Positions 27,072-36,991 of a DNA stretch of 64,000 bases are shown here, one piece after another (within the stretch, counting starts at the first letter, position 1; every line of letters starts with the position of its first letter). Under the pieces are notes generated by a model that did not search any database, was not told the DNA's origin, and saw only the letters and a list, made by a program, of their open reading frames with translations. Source of the stretch: an uncultured delta proteobacterium (lineage in GTDB: Bacteria > Myxococcota_A > Polyangia > Polyangiales > Polyangiaceae); NCBI GenBank assembly GCA_963782055.1, contig CAWAIF010000003.1, forward strand, positions 4,896,001-4,960,000. Reading direction: 5' to 3'. A program made the position numbers and the translations under genes.

Positions 27072-28925
27072 ATGGGCAGGTCTTCGCTTTTCACGGTGGG
27101 CGCCGCTGGCGCCGCGCTCCTCTCGGCCGCCGCGCTCGGCCTCACGCTCGCCGGGTGCGGCTCCTCGCCGGAGTGCGACAGCTTCAACTGCGGCAACCCC
27201 GACGGGGGTGACGGCGGTCTCCCTCCGGACGACGGCTCCCCCGGCTTCGACGTGGACAACTTCCCCGACGCCGCGCAGCACACCTACGGCTGTAGCCCCG
27301 ACCTGCAGAGCGTCATCGACGAGAAGGGCAACGTGGTCTCCACCTGCCCGCCCGATGAGGGCTGCAACGGCGGCAAGTGCGTCGCCGCCTGCGACGCGGC
27401 CGCCGCCGCCCACGGCAGCGTGGGGTGCGATTTCGTCATCGCCACGCCGTCCTTCGAGCAGGGCCACAAGTCCCCCTGCTTCGTCGTCTTCCTCGCCAAC
27501 AACTGGTCGAAGGACGTGGGCATCACCGTCTCGCGCGGCGGCACGACCTACGACGTCACCAAGTTCGGCAAGATCCCCAGCGTCGGCACCGCGACGACCT
27601 CCTGGCCGGCAGTCCCCTCCACCGGCCTGCCGCCGGGCCAGGTGGCGGTCCTCTTCATGTCGAGCGACCCCAACGCCACCAACCTGAACTCCATCGCCTG
27701 CCCGGTGCCCGACGCCATCAACGCATCCACCGCGGTGTGGAACAACACCGCCATCACCGGCCGCGGCGAGGCCTTCCACGTCACCACCGACGTGCCCGTC
27801 AACGGCTACGACGTCATCCCCTACGGTGGCGCGCGGTCGTACCTGCCCAGCGCCGAGCTCCTGCTCCCGACCACCGCCTGGGGGACCAACTACATCACCG
27901 CGACGCCGCCCGCCTCCACCGGCCAGCACTGGGGGCAGATCGTCGCCGCGAAGGACAACACGCAGGTGACCATCCTGCCGACGATCGACCTGCCCGCGGG
28001 CACCAACGTGATCGCCGCCCCGAAGAACACCGCCACCAAGTACACGCTCAACGCGGGCGAGTACATCCAGTGGCAGACCAACGCCGACATCTCCGGCAGC
28101 ATCATCTCCAGCACCAACCCGGTGATGTTCTCTGGCGGCCACGGCATCTTCTGCCTCACCTCCGCCACCAGCACCGGCGGCGGCTGCGACTCCGACCACG
28201 ACATCGTCCCGCCCGTCTCCGCGCTGGGCGACGAGTACGTCGGCGCGCCGTACGTGACGCGCCGCAAGGACCTGAAGGAGGAGTCCATCCGCTACCGCCT
28301 CGTCGGCGCGGTGGATGGCACCACCCTCACCTACGACCCGGCCGTGAGCGGCGCGCCCACCTCGGCGAGCAGCGGGCAGGTGCTGGACTTCGAGGCTGTC
28401 GGCGGCTTCACCGTCAAGAGCCAGGACGACAAGCACCCCTTCTTCCTCGCGCAGATGCAGCCTGGCTGCAACGTGACCGGCGGCAGCCGCCCCGGCGTGG
28501 ACCCGCAGGCCCCCTTCGCCTCCAACAACTGCCTCGGCGACGAGGAGTGGAACATGATGGTGCCGCCCGCGCAGTTCCTCTCCAAGTACGTCTTCTTCAC
28601 CGACCCGACCTACCCCACCACCACGCTCGCCATCACCCGCAAGAAGACCTCGCAGGGCTTCGCCGACGTGACCGTGGACTGCCTGGGCACCGTCACCGGG
28701 TGGAAGCCCGTCGGCTCAGGCGGCGACTACGAGGTCGCCGGCGTGGATCTCATCCGCGCCTTCCAGCCGAACGGCAAGTGCAACAACGGCCCGCACGTCG
28801 CGTCGAGCACGGGCCCCTTCGGCCTGGTCGTGTGGGGCAACGACTCCTACTCGTCGTACGGCTACGCGGCCGGTGGCAACTTCTCCACCATCAACACCGT
28901 CGTCGTGCCGCCCGTGCCGAAGTGA
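27072..28925 (+). CDS. IgGFc-binding-protein-like surface lipoprotein (paralog of 15248-17086)
   Basis: Lipobox LAGC; SAELLLPTTAWGTNY and YVFFTDPTYP motifs; identical INTVVVPPVPK end. Confidence 0.85.
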   Translation: MGRSSLFTVGAAGAALLSAAALGLTLAGCGSSPECDSFNCGNPDGGDGGLPPDDGSPGFDVDNFPDAAQHTYGCSPDLQSVIDEKGNVVSTCPPDEGCNGGKCVAACDAAAAAHGSVGCDFVIATPSFEQGHKSPCFVVFLANNWSKDVGITVSRGGTTYDVTKFGKIPSVGTATTSWPAVPSTGLPPGQVAVLFMSSDPNATNLNSIACPVPDAINASTAVWNNTAITGRGEAFHVTTDVPVNGYDVIPYGGARSYLPSAELLLPTTAWGTNYITATPPASTGQHWGQIVAAKDNTQVTILPTIDLPAGTNVIAAPKNTATKYTLNAGEYIQWQTNADISGSIISSTNPVMFSGGHGIFCLTSATSTGGGCDSDHDIVPPVSALGDEYVGAPYVTRRKDLKEESIRYRLVGAVDGTTLTYDPAVSGAPTSASSGQVLDFEAVGGFTVKSQDDKHPFFLAQMQPGCNVTGGSRPGVDPQAPFASNNCLGDEEWNMMVPPAQFLSKYVFFTDPTYPTTTLAITRKKTSQGFADVTVDCLGTVTGWKPVGSGGDYEVAGVDLIRAFQPNGKCNNGPHVASSTGPFGLVVWGNDSYSSYGYAAGGNFSTINTVVVPPVPK

Positions 28926-28932
28926 GCCGAGG

Positions 28933-30973
28933 TCAAGGGCACAGCGCGTCCGAGTCCTGCGGGGCGGGCACGCGCGGTGCGCCCTTGGCGTACGTGGAGA
29001 GGAAGCACCGGTACTGGTACTTCGGCCCGCGGGTCTGGAAGACGACCTCGTGGCCGTCCTCCACGCCGTCGCCGGGCGCCTGCGTCACCACCGCGGTGAC
29101 CTTCCCCCCGCCGTCCACCGTGACGTTGCCCTGCGCCGGGTAGTCGATCGCCGAGCGCCCGGAGAAGGGCAGCACGCTCTTCACCGACGCGAACGGCGCC
29201 AGCTCCGGCGTCTGGTCGTCCAGCGTGGGGCCGAGCACGTCCAGGCCGAAGGAGAGCGAGGAGGAGTTGGCCATCGGCGGCATGATGTAGTGGTCGACAA
29301 TCCCCTGCACCATCAGCACCGAGTGCGGCGCCCCGCTCCCCCCGAGGATGCGCGAGCCGTACACCACCGGGTCGGCCGCCTCCGCCGCCCACTGCACCAG
29401 CGAGAGCGCGGGGTCGGCCTCGGTGAGATCGCGGTGCAGCGGCGCGTAGCCGATGAGCACCTCCGCCAGCGGCGCCGTCGGCACCGGGAGCTGCTTGTAG
29501 ACGACGTTGTCGATGAAGCTGCCGCCGCACCCGCTGAGGATCACCGCGCCGAAGCGCGGCTCGAACGCCGCGGCGAGCGGGGAGATGGTGGCGCCCATGG
29601 AGTGACCCATCAGCGCCAGCTTGCTGGTGTCGAAGCGCACCGTGGGCTCGGCGAGGCCTGTACACGCCGTGGCGTCGACGGTGAGGTCGTCCAGCACGTG
29701 CGCCGCCAGCACCAGCTCCAGCGCCGACTGCCGGATGTTGTCGCGGATGGCGCCGGGGTTGGAGATGTTGAAGATGAGGAAGTCCTCGTCGCCGTGGGTG
29801 GTGTTGCGCAGGCCCTCCAGCGGCCCGTCGATGGTGATCGCCGCGAACCCGGCGCGCGCGAACTCCTGCGCCGGCCCGGTCCCCGGCGTGATGGCGGGGC
29901 CGCCCGTCTGCGCCTGCACGCCGCGGTCGACCAGCGGCCAATCCCCGCCGGCGCCGGTGCTGGAGAACACCACCGTGGGGAAGCCGGCCGGCGGCATCGG
30001 CGCGCGCGGCAGGGTGACGACGACGTTCGCCGTCTCCATCCGCTGCACCACAGGGTTGCCCTGCCCGTCGAACGCCCACTGCCCGCCGGTGGTGGTGAAG
30101 GGAGGATCGCCCGCCTGGTAGTCGGGCATCTTGATCGTTGAAGAATACACGCAGTAGTCGGGGTACACGTCGGCGGGAGCGAGCGGCGTGTCCGGCTGCG
30201 GCGCGGGGCGGGAGAGCACGTCCTTGGTGAGCGTCTCCATCCCGGCGAGCGGGGTGTCGGTGCGGAAGACCGCCATCGCCGCGACGGCGGAGAGGTCGGT
30301 CAGCGGGCGGAGCACGTCGAGCGCCCCGCGCATCTCGGCGAGGGCGGCGTCCCCCACGCCCGCGGGGGCGCGACCGGCGGCCAGGTCGGCCATCGCCGGG
30401 GCGATGCCGATGGACGCGCCGCTCGCGTCGCGCACCGCGGTGGTGACCACCGCCGCGTAGCGCGTGCCCGGCCGGAGCGGCCTCCCCTGGTAGGGGAGCA
30501 CCGTGAGCAGGTGCGGGGCGCCGTACGGCCCACCGTCGTCGTCGAAGCTCACCTTCACCGGCGTGCGCTTGCCGGCGTCGGGCGACGCCGGGTCGGCGTC
30601 CACCAGGAACACCGGGGAGGACGCCGCGAGGCTGGCGAAGGCGTCGGACGGCAGCGACGTCGGGTCCAGGGCCGCCGTCGCCGTCATGAAGATGCCCGCC
30701 GTCGTGGAGAAGCCGCGCGCGTCCTTGGCCAGCAGCTCGCGCGCCGCGTCCATCACCGGCGCCGCGCCCTGGTTGGGGAAGAGCGAGAGATCGACGTGAC
30801 CGTCGGCGGTGCGTAGAATCCTCCGAGGGAGCCGGCGCGGAGTAGAAGCCGCCCGCGCGGGTGAAGTCCATCTGGATGGTCGTCGCCGACGCAGTCTGGT
30901 CGGAGCTGCAACCCGGGGCAGCGAGGCAGAGGGTGGCGAGGGCGACGAGCAGTACTTGACTCGCCCCGCGCAT
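28933..30973 (-). pseudogene. Alpha/beta-hydrolase lipoprotein with an N-terminal Ig-like region, split by a 1-nt insertion
   Basis: ATG at 30973 with an APGC lipobox. Removing one base at 30817-30818 joins APAPSED to LRTADGHVDLSLFPN. GHSMG nucleophile motif and DGHEVVF. Confidence 0.8.
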
Positions 30974-30975
30974 GC

Positions 30976-32463
30976 CTACGGCCCAATCTCCTTGGAGATG
31001 CCGTCCTTGCCGGCGGACGTCGCCCCGGAGCTCGTGCCGCCGAAGCCGGAGGGCCCGAGGGTGTAGGCGGCCTGCTTGACCTCCGGGGAGAGACCCTCCA
31101 CCCACACGCCGACGCTCGGACCGCCGCCGCCGCCGCCGCCCGCGCCGCCGCGGCCGCCCTTGCGACCGTCCCCGCCAGGGCCGCCGACGCCAATCTCGCT
31201 GCTGCCGCCGCTGCCGCCGGCCGCGCCGTTGCCGGGGAGGCCGCCGTCGCCGCCGGTGCCGCCGGAGCCGCCCGCGCCGCCGCCGAGGGTGACGAGCTGC
31301 GCGCCGTCCAGCGTCAGGGTGCTGCGGATGGAGACCAGCGCGATGGAGCCGCCGCCGCCGCTGCCGGCCACGCCCTTGGTGCCGCCGCACCCGCCTGCGC
31401 CGCCGCCGCCGCCGCCGTTGCCCGAACCGTCGATGCACGAGAAGCTCGTCTGGCCCGAGGACCCGCCGCCACCGCCGCCGCCGGGGCCGAAGGTGCCATC
31501 GGTCCCGTCGGTGCCGTTCGCCGGCACGTACAGGTAGCTCTGCGGGTCGAAGGCGCCGAAGGCCGCGCCGCCCTTGCCGTCGACGCCGGGATCGCCATCG
31601 TTGGCGCCCACGTCGCCCTTGGTGCCGTTCTGCGGGGTGCAGCTCCCCGTGGCACCGCCTGCGCCGCCCAGCACGCCGGCGGCGCTGGGACCTCCGGCGG
31701 AGCCCTTGAAGTCCGGGTCCTGGCCGCCCTTGCCCCCCACGCCGCCGTTGGCGTCGGTGCAGTCGGCGTTCTGCCCGGCGTCGCCGCCGGTGCCGGGCTG
31801 GCTCTGGTTGTCGACGTTGCCGCCACCGCCGGTCGTGCCGCCGGAGCCGTCGCTGCCCTTGGCTCCCGCCGTCCCCGCCGCGCCCGCCGCGCCGTGGCCT
31901 GCGGCCAGGACGGTCTGGTCCTCGATGGACAGGGCGGTGGAGTCGGCGGCGAGCAGGGCGATGGATGCTCCGCCGGGCGCCACGCCGTCCGCGGCGTTGA
32001 CGGTGATGCGGCCGAGGGTCGTGGGGAGCTTGAGGCCGCGCGCCGTCATGGCGAGCGCGGCGCCGGTGATGACGCTCGGATCGCTGGTGCGCGCCCAGCC
32101 GTTGGCGGCGTCGTAGCCGCCGTAGATGCCGACGCCGTCGGCCAGGGCGATGGTCTTCGGCTCGTCGTAGCTGCCGACGGCGACGAGGATCTGCGTCTTC
32201 TGCGACGACTGCGCGAGAGACACCGCCGCCGAGATGGTGCGCAGCGGCTTGTCCATCGTCCCCGGGTTGAGATCGTTGCCGGTGGGCGCGACGAAGAGGG
32301 CGGCGTTCTTCTGGCCGTCGATGCCGTCGCAGTCGGCGTCCTGGTTCAGCCTGTCGGGCAGGTCCACGCCCTCGCAGACGTTGCCGCCGCCGAGGGCGCA
32401 GGCCGCCAGGACGAAGCCGAAGAGTCCCGCGCCAAGGAAGACCGAGGTCAAGCCGGATCGCAC
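30976..32463 (-). CDS. Gly-rich (PGRS-like) lipoprotein with a DUF1565-like domain
   Basis: Lipobox LAAC, DADCDGIDG, FVAPTGNDLNPGT..PLRTI, and long GGxGG runs. Confidence 0.85.
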   Translation of the reverse strand: MRSGLTSVFLGAGLFGFVLAACALGGGNVCEGVDLPDRLNQDADCDGIDGQKNAALFVAPTGNDLNPGTMDKPLRTISAAVSLAQSSQKTQILVAVGSYDEPKTIALADGVGIYGGYDAANGWARTSDPSVITGAALAMTARGLKLPTTLGRITVNAADGVAPGGASIALLAADSTALSIEDQTVLAAGHGAAGAAGTAGAKGSDGSGGTTGGGGNVDNQSQPGTGGDAGQNADCTDANGGVGGKGGQDPDFKGSAGGPSAAGVLGGAGGATGSCTPQNGTKGDVGANDGDPGVDGKGGAAFGAFDPQSYLYVPANGTDGTDGTFGPGGGGGGGSSGQTSFSCIDGSGNGGGGGGAGGCGGTKGVAGSGGGGSIALVSIRSTLTLDGAQLVTLGGGAGGSGGTGGDGGLPGNGAAGGSGGSSEIGVGGPGGDGRKGGRGGAGGGGGGGPSVGVWVEGLSPEVKQAAYTLGPSGFGGTSSGATSAGKDGISKEIGP

Positions 32464-32517
32464 GAGACTAGGGTTTCATCGAGCCGCCCCGCGCGCAAGC
32501 GATTGCGGCGGGTGCTG

Positions 32518-33180
32518 TCAGGGGGCGAGGGTGAGCCGAAGTGGGCCCGTATCCCCCGTCTTCATGGCGGCCGTGGAGGCCGACGCGTCGTCACGGCGCA
32601 CCGAGACCTCGACGTGGCCCTCCTTCTCCGCGCCAATCGACGCGAGGGGGATCGCCATCTCGGCGAGCCACTCCTCGTCGTCGTCGCCCTCCTTGTCGAG
32701 CGTGCCGTCCATGTCGCACCCGACGCGCACGCCGAGCCCCTCGGCGCCGTGGAGACGACACGCCGGGTCGACCGCGAAGCGGACCGTCTTGCCTCCTGCC
32801 GACAGGGAGACGGAGAACCGGTCGCGATCGCTGCGCAGGTCCGCGTCCGCCGCGTAGAGGCCCACGTAGAGCACCCCTGGCCCCCACAGGAAGCGCGCGT
32901 CGGAGTAAGGCACGAGCTCCGCGCCCGACGGGTCGTGGAAGGCGCCGGAGCGCGCCGCCGCGTGCCAGTCCTTCTGGTCGAGCTCCCCGTCGATCTTCAC
33001 CGGAGTGGCCACCTCGGGCACGACGAGCTCCCCCTCCACGGTGACCGGCGAGGAGGGAACCGCGGTCGGACGCGCCTGCGCGTCCTTCACGTGGAGGTAC
33101 GCGAACACCCCGACCACGGCCGCCACCGCCACCGCAACCCCACCCGCAGCCACGAGGGCGTCAGGGTGCGGGGCTGCCAT
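32518..33180 (-). CDS. CBM9-like domain membrane protein
   Basis: PVKIDGELD..DW, ARFLW..LYVG and WLAEMAIPL motifs after an N-terminal TM. Confidence 0.75.
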   Translation of the reverse strand: MAAPHPDALVAAGGVAVAVAAVVGVFAYLHVKDAQARPTAVPSSPVTVEGELVVPEVATPVKIDGELDQKDWHAAARSGAFHDPSGAELVPYSDARFLWGPGVLYVGLYAADADLRSDRDRFSVSLSAGGKTVRFAVDPACRLHGAEGLGVRVGCDMDGTLDKEGDDDEEWLAEMAIPLASIGAEKEGHVEVSVRRDDASASTAAMKTGDTGPLRLTLAP

Positions 33181-34537
33181 CAGGGTGCACCGCGAAGCGG
33201 TAGCTCGTGTCCGACTTGAGGGTCTGGGAGTTGATCATGTCCACCTGGATCGCGCCGTCGTTCCGCTGGGTGACCAGGGCGAAGCCGTAGCTCGTGCTGG
33301 TGAGCGGCGCGCCCCCGTTGCCCACGATGATGCAGTGCTGGCTCGGGTAGTGGTCGTACTTGTGCGTGTGGCCGTTGATCTCCAGCGTGAGCGGGTACTT
33401 GGCGATGATCGTCTCGCTGGGCGGCACGCCCGGCGCGGTGTTCGCGTAGTAGGCCTCGTGGCGCACGACGAAGGTGTAGGTCGTCTTCTGCGCGAGGGTC
33501 TGCGACAGCCAGCTCGACTGCGCGGAGTCCCACGCGTTGGCGGCGATGAAGACGAACTTCGCCGTCCATGCGTTGTTCGGCTCGTGGACGTTGACCGAGT
33601 AGTACGGCGTGCTCTTGCCGAGCGGCTGGAGGAAGGTGCTCAAGAACGCCGAGTAGTTCTTGGTGACGCCGTCCTTGTTGCCCGAGCCGCAGTTGGAGGC
33701 GGTGGCGCCGGTGCACTCGTGGTTGCCCATCGCCGGGAACTCGACGCCCTGGAAGGGGGAGCGCGCCTTGACGTACAGGTCGAGCTGCGGCTGGGCCTCG
33801 GCGCCGTAGGTGGACGCGAACATGTAGTCGCCCGTCGCGACGGCGAAGGGCGGCGGGGTGGTGAGTCCGGCGATGTCGGAGAAGATCTTGCCGATGACGC
33901 TCGACGGATAGCCGCTCGTGTCGTCGATGGTGGGTGGCCGCGTGTCGCCGACGACGGCGAAGTAGAGGCTCGTCTCGGTCCCGCCGTTGCCGTCGATGCT
34001 GCCGGTGACCTGGCCGGCGTCGGGCAGCCCGCCGTCGCCCGCGGCGGAGCCGCAGTTCTGCGGCGGCGCCTGGCACTTGCTCGTGTTGGTGTCGCACCAC
34101 CAGCCGCCGTAGCACCCGTTGGGCTGGCAGTTCTTCCCGGAGCACGACGAGCACCCGGCGGGGGTGTTGGGGTCGGCGAGGCCAGGGCAGCTGCCTGGGC
34201 CGGCGTCCGGCGTGGGGGGCGCCGAGCCGCAGTTGTCGCTCGGGACGCACGCGTTCGAGGGCTGTCCCTCCGCGGTCGTCACGCCCGTGCAGGAGGTGCC
34301 GGCGCCACACTCGTTGCCGTTCGGGCAGCTGGTGGCGCAGTAGCTGTCGCCGCCGATCTGCGCGCACACGCCGCCCTGGCAATCGGTGTCGACGACGCAC
34401 GGCTGGCAGGTGACGCCCGCGTCGCTTGCGTCGGCGCCGCCATCGCCCGGACCAAAGCCGTCGTCTCTTGCGCACGAAGCCGCTGCGAGCAGGAGGAGCC
34501 CGGCGACTCCCGCCCCCATCACGCTACTTAGTTCCAA
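33161..34537 (-). CDS. Secreted metallophosphoesterase with a Cys-rich N-terminus
   Basis: GDTR, GDY, GNHE and GHTH motifs. AAGGAG precedes the TTG start; lipobox AASC. Confidence 0.88.
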   Translation of the reverse strand: MELSSVMGAGVAGLLLLAAASCARDDGFGPGDGGADASDAGVTCQPCVVDTDCQGGVCAQIGGDSYCATSCPNGNECGAGTSCTGVTTAEGQPSNACVPSDNCGSAPPTPDAGPGSCPGLADPNTPAGCSSCSGKNCQPNGCYGGWWCDTNTSKCQAPPQNCGSAAGDGGLPDAGQVTGSIDGNGGTETSLYFAVVGDTRPPTIDDTSGYPSSVIGKIFSDIAGLTTPPPFAVATGDYMFASTYGAEAQPQLDLYVKARSPFQGVEFPAMGNHECTGATASNCGSGNKDGVTKNYSAFLSTFLQPLGKSTPYYSVNVHEPNNAWTAKFVFIAANAWDSAQSSWLSQTLAQKTTYTFVVRHEAYYANTAPGVPPSETIIAKYPLTLEINGHTHKYDHYPSQHCIIVGNGGAPLTSTSYGFALVTQRNDGAIQVDMINSQTLKSDTSYRFAVHPDGSPAP

Positions 34538-34636
34538 AGGAAGACTCCTTGCCGTCGGTGTGCGTGAATTCAGCGGGACGGCGCGTGCCGCCGCGGCGAC
34601 CAGTCCAAGGAGGGATGGGACTTCATTCCCACCCTC

Positions 34637-35647
34637 TCAGTTCGGCGGAAGGACGGTGATGGTCGCGCTCGTCGTCACGCCGGCGCCGGACCAGCCGACG
34701 GTGATCTGCGCGAACTGCTGCAGCGAGGTGCCGGTGCCGTTGGCGCCGATCTCGATGAGCTGCGCCGGCTTGCCCGAACCGAGTCGCGAGAAGGCGTAGA
34801 CCTTGTCGTTCCACGCACCCACACCGTACAGGCGCCCGAAGCCAGAGCCCGACCCGAGGAACTGCTTCTTCAGGTCCCCTGGCGTCTTGCTCTGGTAGGC
34901 CGTCTGCATCGCGGGCACGTCCACCTCGGCGAGGATGTCGCTGGTGGTGGAGCAGGAGCCACCGCCCTTCTGGCAGGTACGGACGGTGGCGAGCCCGCGC
35001 GGCTTGCCGTTCTGCGTGTAGAAGACGACGTCGCCGGAGAGCTCGTACGGGTTGCCGGAGCCGTCGACGCCGAAGGAGCCGAGGTCGGTGGTGGTGCCGT
35101 TGGTGGCGACGGCGTAGAGCTCGCCCTGGTTGTCGCCGGCGACGAGCGTCTCGCTGGCGTCGAGAACGCCGGCAGGGGCGAAGCCGAGGGCGTAGAACTT
35201 CTGGCTGTTCTTGGTGGCGATGCTGGTCACCTTCTGCAGCTTCACCGCGCCCGTGCCGTTCGGGAGCGTGGCGCGGAAGATGGCCGTCTCGGTGTTGACC
35301 CACACGTCGCCGGCAGCGTTCACCGCGAGGTCGGTCACCGGGGCCAGCGATCCGCTCCCGTCGTCGAAGGGCCCGATGTCGGTCACGGCATGAGACGCCG
35401 GGTCCATCGAGTACAGCTCCGTGTCGGTGTTGGCGTAGATGACCGGCGGGCCGGCGGCGTCGCCGCCCGTGGCGCCGTCGCCGCCCTTGAAGCCGGAGTC
35501 GTCCACCGCGCCCGCGTCGCCCGCGTCGGGGCCGCCGAAGGGGTTGCCGGCGTCGCCGCCGAACCCGTTGCCCCCGGTCGAGCAGGCGGCGAGCAGGCAC
35601 GCGCCCGCCGCCAGCCTCGCTACCCCCGACGTGATGTCCGTTCGCAT
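34637..35647 (-). CDS. Hypothetical beta-propeller-like lipoprotein
   Basis: Lipobox LAAC, DAG linker, TDLAV..G.VW and LSGDVVF, ends WSGAGVTTSA. Confidence 0.8.
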   Translation of the reverse strand: MRTDITSGVARLAAGACLLAACSTGGNGFGGDAGNPFGGPDAGDAGAVDDSGFKGGDGATGGDAAGPPVIYANTDTELYSMDPASHAVTDIGPFDDGSGSLAPVTDLAVNAAGDVWVNTETAIFRATLPNGTGAVKLQKVTSIATKNSQKFYALGFAPAGVLDASETLVAGDNQGELYAVATNGTTTDLGSFGVDGSGNPYELSGDVVFYTQNGKPRGLATVRTCQKGGGSCSTTSDILAEVDVPAMQTAYQSKTPGDLKKQFLGSGSGFGRLYGVGAWNDKVYAFSRLGSGKPAQLIEIGANGTGTSLQQFAQITVGWSGAGVTTSATITVLPPN

Positions 35648-35914
35648 GGAGCCCTCTTTTATGCGCGTGAAGTCTCCGCCGATCAAGAACCCGCCCGGCG
35701 GACGGACGAGAGGCGGCTCTGTCAGAGTACCTGCTTCCCCCGCCGGGCAGGCGGTGGTGAGCACCGGCCACCGATCTTTCGCTGCCGGCACGCCCGACGC
35801 GGCAATCCGCCCTTCCTGACGGAGGCGGATCGCCCAGCTGGAGGCAGGGGGGACACGGGGGAGCGGGCTCCGCCGTCCCGCCCGACACGCCCGGAGGTGG
35901 TAGAGTCCCGCGCC

Positions 35915-36991
35915 GTGCGCTTCGTAGACACGTGCGAGCTCCGCGTCGTGGCGGGCAACGGCGGCAACGGGTGCGTGGCCTTCCGGCGGGAGAAGTACCT
36001 CCCGCACGGCGGCCCGTCCGGTGGGGACGGCGGCAAGGGCGGCGACGTCGTCTTCGTGGTGGACCCGGGCATGTCCACCCTGCTCGACCTGACCTACCAG
36101 CACACCCTCGAGGCGAAGCGGGGCGAGCACGGCCGGGGCAAGGATCAGTACGGCGCGGCGGGCGCCGACCGCATCGTGCGCGTCCCCCTCGGCACGCAGG
36201 TGTTCGAGGTGGAGAGCGGGGACGTGCTCTTCGACCTGAAGCAACCCGGCGAGCGCGTCGTCATCGCGCGCGGCGGGGCCGGCGGCCGGGGCAACATCCA
36301 CTTCGCCACGCCGCAGGACCGCGCACCCCGGCGGGCGGAGCCGGGGGAGGCGGGCGAAGAGCGGCGCATCCGGCTGGAGCTCAAGGTCATGGCCGACGTG
36401 GGCCTGCTCGGCTTCCCCAACGTCGGCAAGTCCACCTTCATCCGCGCCGTCTCGCGCGCCAAGCCGAAGGTCGCCGACTACCCCTTCACGACCCTGACGC
36501 CGCACCTGGGCGTGGTGTCGCTCGGCGAGGAGCATGGCTTCGTCCTCGCCGACATCCCCGGCCTCATCCCCGGCGCCGCCGAGGGCGCGGGCCTGGGCAT
36601 CCAGTTCCTCAAGCACGTCGAGCGCACGCGCGCGCTCCTCCACCTGATCACCCTCGATCCCGGTGAGGGGCGCGATCCGGTGAAGGACTTCGCCGCGCTC
36701 ACGAAGGAGCTCGACAAGTTCTCCCCCGAGCTCGCCGGGCGCCCCACCATCGTGGCCATGTCCAAGGCGGACCTGCCCGACGTGCGCGACGCCTACAAGC
36801 GCGTCCGGACGGCGTTCAAGCGCAAGGGCATCGAGGTGCGGCTGGTCTCCGCCGCCACGGGCGAGGGCGTGCGCGATCTGCTATTTGCACTCTACACGCT
36901 TCTCTCCGCGCCCCCCGCCGCGCCGGAGGCGAAGCCCGAGGCGAAGAAGACGAAGAAGACGAACAAGACGAACAAGACCGCGGGCCGATGA
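35915..36991 (+). CDS. obgE: GTPase Obg/CgtA
   Basis: FVD..GNGGNGC..FRREK..GGPSGGDGG, GFPNVGKST, DYPFTT and DIPG motifs. Confidence 0.97.
   Translation: MRFVDTCELRVVAGNGGNGCVAFRREKYLPHGGPSGGDGGKGGDVVFVVDPGMSTLLDLTYQHTLEAKRGEHGRGKDQYGAAGADRIVRVPLGTQVFEVESGDVLFDLKQPGERVVIARGGAGGRGNIHFATPQDRAPRRAEPGEAGEERRIRLELKVMADVGLLGFPNVGKSTFIRAVSRAKPKVADYPFTTLTPHLGVVSLGEEHGFVLADIPGLIPGAAEGAGLGIQFLKHVERTRALLHLITLDPGEGRDPVKDFAALTKELDKFSPELAGRPTIVAMSKADLPDVRDAYKRVRTAFKRKGIEVRLVSAATGEGVRDLLFALYTLLSAPPAAPEAKPEAKKTKKTNKTNKTAGR

Noticed and set aside
30976..32463. Mycobacterial PE-PGRS gene acquired by transfer
   Set aside because: There is no PE domain. It has a lipobox and host-like codon use, and the similarity is only Gly-rich low complexity.
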